Of a stretch of DNA of 64,000 nt, positions 53,440 through 64,000 are shown in pieces. Under the pieces are notes generated by a model, which saw only the letters and a list, made by a program, of their open reading frames with translations, was not told the DNA's origin and did not search any database. Both the position numbers and the translations under genes were made by a program. The number at the start of each line of letters is the position of its first letter. The stretch's first letter is position 1. Source of the DNA: Octopus sinensis (taxonomy: Eukaryota); NCBI RefSeq assembly GCF_006345805.1, contig NC_042998.1:88040001-88104000 (forward strand), in the 5' to 3' direction.

Positions 53440-54595
53440 AACCAAAGATGCACTGGCATTGGTCACAACTATGATTTCACTCTGTTCAACAGGTCTTCAC
53501 AAGCACAGCATATTGCCCAATGATTGAAGGGTGTTTTTAATAGGCCAGTTACACAACACTGGACTCACCTACAACTGTAATCTCATTTGGCTTGATGCCA
53601 CTGCCTCCATGAGCCTCAATGCATGAACAGTGCTTTTTATGTGCCACCAGCACAAGGAGCCAGTCAGCGGGTACTAGCATCGGCCATGTTTGGATGGTGC
53701 TTTTCACATGCCACCAGCACATGGGGCCAGTCAGGCAATCCTCACATCGATCACATTTGGATATTGCTTTTTACGTGTCATCAGCACAGGAGCCAGTCAG
53801 CGGGTACTGGCATCAGCCACGTTTGGATGGTGCTTTTTACATGTCACCAGCACGGGAGCCAGCCAGGGGACACTGGCATCGACCACATTCGGATGATGCA
53901 TTTTACGTACCACCAGAATGGGAACCAGTCAGGGGGCACTGGCCACAGCTACGATTTTGGTTTTCCTTGACTCAACAGATCTTCTCAAGCATATCATATC
54001 ACCTGATGCATCAGGGGTACTCTTAAATGGGCCAGACATGCAACACTGGCATTGGTCATGGCGATCTCACTTTAGTTGCCAGATCTTCTCAATCACACCA
54101 TATCTCCAAAGGTCTCGGTCTCCTATCATTGCCTCTGTGAGGCCCAATGTTTGAAAGTCATGCTTCACCACCTCAGGTTCCTTCCACAGTTAGAGAGTAG
54201 CACTTCCTCACACAGCTGCCTTCATCCATACATAACACATGACCATACCAGCACAGTTGTCTCTCTTGCACACCACATTTGATGCTTCTTATGCCCCACT
54301 TTTCTCTCAGGGTGCTTACACTCTGTTGTGTATGCATATTGACATTACACATCCAGCAGCTCATACTTGCTTCATGTTTTCAAACCTATGCATGTCCTCA
54401 GCAGCCATGGCCAGTGTTTCACTGCCATGTAGCATTGCAGTTCACACACATGCATCATGCAGTCTGCATTTCATCCTGAGCGAGAGTTGCCAGCAGAGGT
54501 AGGAGCTCCCTGAACTTTGCCCTGACTATTCTTATTTTAGCTGTTACACTCTCAGAGCAACTACCCCCACTAAAGACCTGGTCGCCTAGACAGAC
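53440..54595 (-). mobile_element. Second 5'-truncated RTEX-like LINE copy with expanded 3' tandem array
   Basis: LGDQVFSGGSCSESVTAKIRIVRAKFRELLPLL and WYGHVLCMDEGSCVRKC are homologous to the 3997-5080 copy. Five ~66-bp units at ~53630-53960. Confidence 0.85.
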
Positions 54596-55817
54596 ACACA
54601 CATACAAGTGAGTGGACAAACAAAAGAAAGTGGCACCCAACACATTTAGTAGGAGTTACATATGTTTGGCTCCATTCAACTTAAAATTCCATAGGCTTGT
54701 AAAATGAATCTAGCTTTTCGGTCTTAGATAAGTGAATGGAGAAAGTTGAAGATGTCTGTTGGAGACTGGGCTTTTATTGGTCAAATGAGGTCACATGTTG
54801 TTGTTGATATTAGTAATGACATTAAACAGAAGCAGGTATTACTACTTCTAGGACTGTGTGGTTAGACAATGTTGGTAGTGCCTTGCTGTCTAGTTCCTGG
54901 TGTGAATGTTGCATGATTGTGCATGTCTGTTTACTGTATGTGTATGCCTGCTGTTTGTGTGTGCATGTGTGAGCTGGCAGCATAGACTCATTGGTGGGTA
55001 TGGATATGAGTGCTTGGGTGTGTGTATGTAGTGCATCTGTACATGATATATTTAAATTAGTGTTAGTTTATATGATATAAAGAGCTTTAAATACTTTATT
55101 AGAAATATTTTGCTAATAGTCCAAAGTTGTCTCCTGTACTTGTCAAAAGGATTAAAATGATATTAAAAGCATAATTATTCGTAATTTGATATATAATACT
55201 ACAAGAAATATGTTAACATTAATTTAACTATTGTTTTTCATGCAGATGTCCTCTCTGAGCAGTTAACCTCTCTGATTTTTTTTTTTTTTTATAAAACCTC
55301 TTGGCTGAAATACAAAACGTTTTATAGGATAGGAGCCAGTTTTTATTCTATGCGCTGCTGATTACTATCTGTGTCATTAACACTGGTGTGTTTCACTGAT
55401 GCTATCATGATAAAACTATTCAGCCGCTGAAATTGGTTTTTGTTCTTTGTTTTTTTTTATTTGTTTGTTTTTTTAATTCTTTTCTAGAAGCACAATATAC
55501 TAGTTTAAATAGCATGTATGTAATCAGGGCCTCTGACATAAATTTGACAGGGTGAAACCAAACTGCATTTTCCCCCCTTTTACTTATTAAGGAAAGGGAC
55601 GAGGAAGATAATTACAGAACTCTTTCATGGCTCTTTGGCACCCTGGACCCATATGTTGGCTGATCTCCCTCACCTGTCTTAGAAGCCCTATGTGTGTTTT
55701 GGATGCAAGCATGGCCTAATGATTTAGAAGTTAGCTTTGGAGATTCTTGGTTCAAGTCCTATTGTGCAAGTCCTTTTTCCCATCACAGCCCAGCAATATG
55801 AGTTAAATTAGGGAAAA

Positions 55818-56215
55818 CAGGAGTGGCTGTGTAGTAAGTAGCTTGCTTACCAACCACATGGTTCTGGGTTCATTCCCGTTGCATGGCACCTTGGGCAAGT
55901 GTCTTCTACTATAGCCTTGGGCCGACCAAAGCCTTGTGAGTGAATTTGGTAGACGGAAACTGAAAGAAGCCCATTGCATATATATATATATATGTATGTG
56001 TGTGTATATGTTTGTGTGTCTGTGTTTGTCCCCCAACATTGCTTGACAACCGATGGTGGTGTGTTTACATCCCCCGTAACTTAGCGGTTCAGCAAAAGAG
56101 ACCGATAGAATAAGTACTAGGTTTCCAAAGAATAAGTCGTGGGGTCAATTTGCTCGACTAAAGGTGGTGCTCCAGCATGGCCGTGGTCAAATGACTGAAA
56201 CAAGTAAAAGAGTGA
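55818..56215 (+). mobile_element. SINE family A
   Basis: Full head-to-tail copy. 3'-half copies also at ~42190-42415 (+) and 51965-52195 (+). Confidence 0.9.
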
Positions 56216-58323
56216 GTATGCAGAAAGTTGTCACTTGGCTTTAACCGGCAATTCATCGGTTACAATGACAACGGTCTCAGTTAGTCTGAGCAACAGAATA
56301 GCATTTTTTTCATACTAGCATGGGAAAATGGATGTAAAAGTAATTAATTAATTTATTTATTGAACATATGCTTACAGGGCTGAACCTGTCTTCTGAATTT
56401 ATGCCAGGTGTAGAATAATATGCCCTGCTTCTGAAGACAATAGAGTTTATTACCCTCTGATGGATACATCTGGTTCAGAAAGATTAAGTAATTGTCCCTC
56501 TGTTTATAACTGCTATTTATGAGAAATGAAGTATTGATTCATCAGTTTAATTCACAACACTGACTCACATAATTGTTATTGATCTGATCATATACTGTAA
56601 TATTAGAACATCTAATAATCCCTTCTACTATAGGTGCAAGGTCTGAAATTTGGGGGAAGGGGGCCAGTCAATTAGATCGACCCCTGTATGCAACTGGTAC
56701 TTAATTTATCGACGCCAAAAGTATGAAAGGCAAAGTCGACCTCAGCGGAATTTGAACTCAGAATGTAGTTCCGCGAAGCATTTTGTCCAGTATGCTAACA
56801 ATTCTGCCAGCTCACTGCCTTAGAACATCTAATAATGAATGTCAAATGATACTTATTTTTTATTATTACAATCCATGTGTGTAACACCTTAGTTTTATAT
56901 ATATATATATATATATATAAAGATAAATATAGAGATATTCTATTGGCATAGCAATAATTTATTTATATTGCAATATTAAATTAAATACTATGAATATAAT
57001 GTATAGCATAACATAATGTTATATACCATAAATAATTATAAAAACAATTAATTTTTACAACTCAGCTGTCCTTTCACATGGAATTTTGTCTTTTCTAAAC
57101 CATATTACCCTGATGTGACTATATATATAATGGAACGGTGATTATGCATATCAGAAACAAATTTTAAGGTTAAGGTGTTAAATATCTGAGTTCATAGCCT
57201 GAGGATGGACAGATAAATTTGCTTGACTCAGTCTGTTTTTTTTTTTTTTATTTCATTTTGTTTTTCATTATTTAAGAGGAGGAGGAGCATCTATGATCTT
57301 TGCAGGCCCTCTTACACTGAGGTTGAATCACCTGATTAATCAACTGAGACATCAGTAGTATGGCGCCCATGAGAAAAACATGCCCAGAGAGAGAGAGAGA
57401 GCTCAAGAAGTCTGTGGCTCTTTGTAGGCAGTATTCAACAATATGGTTGAAATTTGGATTTTATAGAATGAGACAAATTACAGGTGAATCGAAGATTGAC
57501 AGGTGCAGTAGACAGACTTGGCTGAAGGTGGCTTGCTGGTTGTTGGAGCAGAAGCCGTTGTAGTAGTAGTAGTAGTGGTGGTGGTGGTGGTGGTAGAAGA
57601 AGAAATAAAAAGAGGGAATGGTGTCTTTGTGAGCCTGTTTATAGTGTGCTGGTCAATGAGTATTGCTAACAACAGGCTCGAAAGTTACTACACAGACAAC
57701 CAGGTAGTTGCAAGAAATGTATTCAACTGTTAAAATTTATTGTACCGACTAAGTAAGAAACAAAAATCTCTCTAAATTTTCCATATAAAAGCATACTTAT
57801 GCTACAAGGCATGTGGTTGAGTGGTTCACAGATATAGGGTTATGAGCTCAATTCCTGACTGAACCAACCAGGGGACCTGTGTTCTTGAGCAAGACACTTC
57901 ATTTCATGTTGTTCCAATCTACTTTGCTGAAAATGAATATCAACAGAGAGGTCATTATGCTCTCTTTCTGCCAAGCTGCCACATCAGTGTTCTGTTGGAT
58001 CAAATGTGGGGCAGTCAAGTGCGTGTTGATGTCTGCTCACAGCTACATAATCACCTAAAGCCATGAGGTACCTTTGTAGTATGTTACATGCTGCCAGACA
58101 TACTCACCTGCAAGACACCGCTTTGGTTTTCTATGGTTTTGGGGTTGGACTATAATCTTTCCCACTAAATGCACAATGCCAGAAATTTTAAAAGTTGGGG
58201 TTAGTTGAAATTACATTGACCCCACTGCTCAACTGTTACATATTTCATCAACCCTGATGGTATGAAAGGCTAAGTCAACCTTGGCAGAATTTGAACTTTC
58301 AGTGTAAAGACAGACGATATACC

Positions 58324-58562
58324 TATTTTTATTTCTTTACTACCCACAAAGGGCTAAACACAGAGGGGACAAACAAGAACAGACAAATGGATTAAGTCAA
58401 TTATATCAACCCCAGTGCGTAACTGGTACTTATTTAATCGACCCTGAAAGGACGAAAGGCAAAGTCGACCTCGGTGGAATTTGAACTCAGAACATAGCGG
58501 CAGACGAAATACTGCTACGCATTTCACCCGGCGTGCTAACGATTCTGCCAGCTCACCGCCTT
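58324..58562 (-). mobile_element. tRNA-derived SINE family B inserted into another family B copy, 15-bp TSD
   Basis: GACAGACGATATACC at 58309-58323 and 58563-58577 flanks a full copy (head ggcggtgagctggcagaatcg, B box ttgaactc on +). Host halves at ~58190-58323 and 58578-58625. Confidence 0.85.
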
Positions 58563-59444
58563 GACAGACGATATACCGCTAAGTGTTTTGTCTGGCATGC
58601 AAATGAGTCTGCAAGCTCACTGCCTTTTCTGGCTATGCTATGACGGAAAACTGTTTTGACACGAATATTTTTATATTTTATGTTGGGTGCTTTAAATGTT
58701 CATCTATTTTCTTGAGTTGCTGAAATGTGTATATGTATTTAACTTAGAGTATTATTGTTGTTTTCTTTTTGTGTTTTTATTTTTCCATTTATGAAATGCC
58801 ATAACCTCCTACATTTGAAACATAATTTCTGAGAAATTGTGTAGATTTTGAGTTCAAATTCACTGCTGATAACTTGTACATTTAGAATTTAGATAGTACA
58901 TTTAATTTTATGTAGCTTTCACTTCAATATCATAAATAAGTACCAAAGCTGCAAATATTATACAAAATAATCCATTGATCTATTGAGGGATCACTTGTTT
59001 GCTTAATGTCAAGCAGAACCTTGGGGACTTGTGGAAATATATACATTGTTGTATGTATCTGCACATCCTGTATATTTGTATATGTGTTGTACATCTAACA
59101 GCATGAACTCGATTTTAAATTACTGAATTAGTACAAATCTCTTCTTTGGTACGATGATACTGCACCAATCAATTGCAAGTTTTACTCAAGAAATTTTTTG
59201 TCAGTTAAACCTAACTTTGCTCTGTTGCCTCCAGTAATAATCCTTACTTTCTATGGTATCTATTTTACTGCAAGACTGATTGAGCCAGGAACACAGTCCT
59301 CCCAATGGTAGGTTGGTTTCTTAGTGATGTAGCTTGCTGTGTTTTTATTAACTGTAGAAATTAGCTTTCATTTTTGAGTTGTTGCTTGCTTTCTTTCTAA
59401 ACTGTTCTATCTACACTTCTTTCTCTCTTTGCTTAATATTTCAG

Positions 59445-59605
59445 TTGACATACTCTCTAACAAGATTTGCTATCTATGATGTTATGAAAAAGAATCTAGT
59501 GGAGGGCAATCAAGTTATGCCTTTCTATCAGAAAGTGTTGACTGCAGGTCTTTCAGGAGCCATTGGTGGTGTTGTGGGGACACCTGCTGATTTAGTCAAT
59601 GTCAG
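59445..59605 (+). CDS. SLC25A10: Mitochondrial dicarboxylate carrier, coding exon 3 (LTYSLTRFAIYDVMKKNLVEGNQVMPFYQKVLTAGLSGAIGGVVGTPADLVNV-R)
   Basis: Acceptor atttcAG at 59443-59444 after a pyrimidine tract; donor AG|GTAAAA at 59606 (phase 2). TYSLTRFAIY and GTPADLVNVR are typical of DIC. The next exon was not found before 64000. Confidence 0.95.
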
Positions 59606-59630
59606 GTAAAATATTCATTATTTCTGTCTG

Positions 59631-59673
<43 letters not shown>

Positions 59674-60190
59674 CCCCTCTCTCCCTCCCCATACTTTATC
59701 CAACAGAACCATCTCTTTCTTCTGCAATTGCTACTGTGTAATGCTATAGAGTATGTATTAGATATGACATAAAGAGCTATGATGAGCTGGTTGACCTTTG
59801 AAATATTTAGAAATTACCATTTAAAAGTTTTTTCAAATTTCCAGAGCCTTTGTCATTTTACACAAGCCATAAATTCATTGCAATTAGTGACCTGTTGTTG
59901 ACAATTGACTGTCATCTAACATAATTTTCAGAAAGAGATTTTCTGCCAGTTATTATGGCTGTAAATCTTTTATTGAAAGTTCTTTTGCTGCCACTGTCAT
60001 TTCTTATTCTGTCAGCTTAAGGTTGAACTATATTTTTGATTGAAGTGAAATAATCTTTATTGATGAAGGAAAATGGAAAAGTCCCCATTTCTTCCATCAC
60101 TTCTGTTTGCCCTTTACTCTAAAGAAGTGATGCATCTTATTTATCACACTTTCTTCTTTTTTCTCTATACTTCTACTGTTTTTCCAACAT

Positions 60191-60298
60191 CTTTGTTTGT
60201 TTAGAAATCCCATCCAGAATTTAGATAACACCTTTGTCTGTTTAGAAATCCCATCCAGAATTTAGATAACACCTTTGTCTGTTTAGAAATCCTATCCA
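60191..60298. repeat. Minisatellite, 41-bp unit x 2.6
   Basis: ctttgt(t/c)tgtttagaaatcccatccagaatttagataacac at 60191 and 60232, partial at 60273. Confidence 0.9.
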
Positions 60299-61091
60299 TA
60301 GTTTCCTATAACTTTCTATCAATTTGCTTAGAATTTCGTTTTTCTCAACAATCCTGATTTTAATTTAATTACTAGCATTATACTCCAAGAGAGTGATAGG
60401 TGCTTTTAGGTGCCACTGGCATGGGTGTCAGTTATGTGACACCAGTATCTGACACAACTATGATTTCACTTGTCTTCTCAAGCACAGCATATTGCCAAAG
60501 GTTTCGGTCATTTGTCTTTGCCTCCGTGAGGTCCAGTGCTTGAAAGGTGCTTTTTACATGCCACCAACACAGGTGCTAGTTATGTGACACTGACATTGGC
60601 CCCATTGCATCCGTGAGGTTTCTTAGTTAGTGAAAGAAAACTATAGTGACAATTCTTAGCAGCTTTCAAAGAAAAAAAAAAATGAGATTTTTAAAAAAAA
60701 ATGTTTAAAAGTTAATCTCATAAAATATTGAATGTTTATGCTTATTGGTGTAAGATAATCTTATCCTTGTGATAAGGTGACTGCTACAGTCATATTTTGC
60801 TCTTAGCTGACTTCATTGAGAAGGTATAATTTTTTCAAGCCTGCCTTTATCAGTAAATTGAGATTGTTATTTGCAGGAAAATAATTATGAACTCTTTTGG
60901 CCAGTATACTTTGCATAATTATTAAAAAATGGGGTGAGGGAATAAGGAAAATAGCTTAAGCTTATAATGGTGTAAATTCAGATAATCCAGTTAAGTGGTG
61001 ATTTCTTTTGTTGGGCAAGTGTCTTCTATTGTAGCCTCAAGTTGATCAGTCTTGAGCGCATTTCGTAAAAGGAAACTGAAAGAAGTTTGTC

Positions 61092-61126
<35 letters not shown>

Positions 61127-61799
61127 ATATGTGCATGCATGTGAGTGTACCCTCTGTCATGGCATCATGTGATGATTCTCAAATGACCATCACTATCATG
61201 CAAGTAATACTGTTTGTGTTAGATTTTGATTGGAAACAGGAGAGAGTTTGCAATTAGGGCATCTAGCCTTAGAAAATCTACCACAAGAAATTTTGTCTGA
61301 ACTCATGCAAACATCAAAAATGAACATGAAAATGATAATGATGATAAATACTAAATGCTAAAATATTTTACAAATAATCAAGAATTTGGAAAGATTTAGT
61401 AAAATGAATAATTATTTTCATTTAATAAGGGTTAGAGTTTACATTTCATCATCATCATTTGACATCCATGCTTTATATTGACATGAGCTGGATGGTTTGA
61501 CAGGATCCAATGGGCCCAAGAACTGCATCATGCTCCATTGTCTACTTTCGCATGGTTTCTACAGCTGGATGCCCTTCCTAATGCCAACCACTTTACAATG
61601 TGTACTGAGAGCATTTTTTTATGCCAACAGCATTGGTAAGGTCACCTTGCAGTTTGCAAGATTATGAACCCTTGAGAGGGCAGAAAAGGTTTCTTGCTTA
61701 GAGAAGTTATATGATTACACACATTTTAAAAGAGAGGGCAGGTGTGATTGAGTGGAGACAGAGTGTGATGGGGGTGGAAAAGGAGATCTTCTATCTTTG

Positions 61800-62168
61800 A
61801 TCTTTGACTTGTTTCTGTCATTTCACTGTAGCCTTGTTGAGGCACTATTTTGAAGGGCTTTTAGTTGAATAAATTGACCCCAGGACTTTTTTTAAGCCTG
61901 TTACTTATTCCGTCAGTCTCTTTTGCTGAACCACTAAGTTACAAGAACATAAAGAAACCAAAGCTGTCATCAAGAAGTGGTGGGATCAAACACACACGCA
62001 TATACACATATTTGATAGGCTTCTTTCATCTTCTGCATACTAGATCCATTCACAAGGCTTTGATTGGGCCAAGACTATATTAACAGACACTTGCGCAAGG
62101 TTCCTTGCAATGGGACTGAACCCAGAACCTTGTAGTTGAGAAGCAAGCCTCTTACCACACAGCCTTGT
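61800..62168 (-). mobile_element. SINE family A (more diverged)
   Basis: Reverse-complement match to 55818-56215 over head, body and tail. Confidence 0.8.
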
Positions 62169-63364
62169 AAGATGAATGTTTTTCAATAAGATTATTTTTA
62201 GGGTAAAACAAGGAGCTGTTTTTTTGGTACTAGTTTCAGTTGGTGGCTGTGCTGGGTATAAAAGTGTTAAAAGATTCAGTCATCTCTGATTTAGGTTCAA
62301 TTTTTAATGTGCCTGAGAAAATGTGATAGATTAAATACCTTTCCCTTGTAAGTTTGTTGTTGAAACCCCTATCCAACAGAAATCAATATTATTTAATATT
62401 CCCTGAAATGGAGGAGATTTGCCATTTATATTTTGATGTTTCCACTGGATGGAGAGCTTTTTAGATTATTTTCCATTAGAAACTTATTTTTAATTTTAAT
62501 TTTATTTATTCATTAGTTTTTATTGCCTTCTGAAATCTCCACATGGTAGGAAATTGGATTTGTTATTTTGTGTGTGAGTGTATGTATCTGTGTGCAGTTT
62601 TTCTCTCTGCCTACTTCTGTGTTTGTTAGTGTATGTATGTGTCCGTATGCATCTGCCTCAGCATGCTTGTCAGTTTGCCTGCTTACCTGCGTGTGTGCGT
62701 GTGTGTATGAGCATGCATGTGTATATATACATTTCTCTCTCTCTCACACTGCAAGTTGCTTTTAGGTAAGTTTGGCATCTGTAATAGGCCAGAAGACACA
62801 GAACTAGTGGAGCTTCAGAGACGTTAAAAAACAGAGCTGACGTTGCATATATTGTGCCAGAAATAAGATGGAGATGCTCTAAGTAAATTAAAGTACTTCA
62901 GTTTGCTTGGTGAAATACTAGAAAAGACTTTGTGGATGTTAGTGTATGTGTGTGTGTGTATGTGTGTATGAGCACACATGTGTATATACAAATTTCTCAC
63001 TCTCTCTCATTCACTCTCTCTTTCACTCTTAATTACTCTTAATACTAAGTTCATCATCATCATCATCATTGTTTTAATTCTTTATTCTTTTACTAATGTT
63101 AGTTATTGTGTTGTTGCCATTCTGGAGCACTACCTTCCAGGACTTTAGTCAGTAATTTTAATCCAAGTAATCATTTAGTCAGCTGCTTATTTCATTAATC
63201 TCTATTTATTGAAGGGCTAAGTTAGCTTTTGACATAAAGCAATGAAACCTGACATAATTTATTAGACTTATACACACACTCTCAGTGTGTGTAAGGTCAC
63301 AACTCAGGTACTATGGACATGTGATTAGAATGTATGGGTTAGACAGTGACATAGGGTTAGACCA

Positions 63365-63427
63365 TACACATATAAATACATACATATATATACATATGCA
63401 TACGTACATATATATATATACATACAT

Positions 63428-63519
<92 letters not shown>

Positions 63520-63776
63520 ATACATACATATACATATATATATACATATATATACATATATATATACTTTGATACTTTGATAGGTTTCGGCCATTATTGG
63601 CCCAGGCCATGTCTAACTTAATAGCACCACATGTATATATACATATATGTATATATATATATGTATATATATATATGATATATATATATATATGTATATA
63701 TATGTATATATATGTATATATATATATATATTATATATGTATATATATATATTGTATATATATATATATATGTGTG

Positions 63777-63805
<29 letters not shown>
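63365..63805. repeat. Two compound (AT)/(ACAT) microsatellite arrays around a short unique core
   Basis: Seen directly; source of the Y/I/M/C ORFs in the track. Confidence 0.95.
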
Positions 63806-63807
<2 letters not shown>

Positions 63808-64000
63808 CAAGGTCCTCTATTCATTCCAAGCAAGCATCTACAATCAAGTTGTCAATGTGTGTTGAGGTTCTCCTCTTCTTACTTAACCATGAAGTGGGTC
63901 CCCAAGACTAATTTGGATGCTTTCAGTTCAGGGTGGTGCATGCACTGACTAAACAGTTGCAGCTATCTTTACCTGATCTTCACACTCACTTTCAGCTGGT

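Larger units (their letters stand above)
59606..64000 (+). other. SLC25A10: SLC25A10 intron 3 (partial, runs off the window)
   Basis: Starts with GT. The expected next peptide (MQND-like) is not seen in the remaining sequence. Confidence 0.75.

Noticed and set aside
57478-57733. Thr-rich and Val-rich ORFs on opposite strands
   Set aside because: Driven by a (GTA)/(GTG) trinucleotide tract; no domain recognised.
59379-59444. N-terminal part of the 76-aa ORF preceding exon 3
   Set aside because: It is the intronic polypyrimidine tract; DIC homology starts only after the AG at 59444.
63285-63948. Many ORFs rich in Y/I/M/C/V/H/T (also near 164-434, 11290-11555, 15812-16150, 16788-17196, 48899-49250)
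   Set aside because: Translations of (AT)n, (ATGT)n, (ATGC)n and (AC)n microsatellites that lack stop codons.

Overview
AT-rich animal genomic DNA dense in microsatellites and retroposons, most likely an octopod cephalopod (inferred from SINE and LINE-tail families I recognise, not verified by search). Only one host gene is supportable: the 5' part of the mitochondrial dicarboxylate carrier SLC25A10 on the + strand. It has three GT-AG-bounded coding exons (25121-25219, 45248-45367, 59445-59605), introns of 20,028 and 14,077 bp, and continues past the window end. The rest is transposable-element debris: RTEX-like, RTE-like and L1/Tx1-like LINE fragments, several tRNA-derived SINE families, a Helitron, a Helentron-type element, mariner and hAT remnants and several MITEs. 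Nearly all ORFs in the supplied track are microsatellite or repeat artefacts. No CRISPR array, rRNA or intact tRNA was found. Best leads: an intact C4HC3 PHD finger inside a LINE reverse transcriptase; a textbook recursive-splice-site motif in intron 3; two dimeric higher-order arrays in a LINE 3' region, one with six TACGTG motifs; a microsatellite-bounded ~1.05 kb near-perfect tandem duplication; an RFX X-box beside an orphan antisense splice donor upstream of SLC25A10; and inverted SINE pairs able to form dsRNA around exon 3 and in intron 1. None is demonstrated to be a new biological system; all are hypotheses to test.
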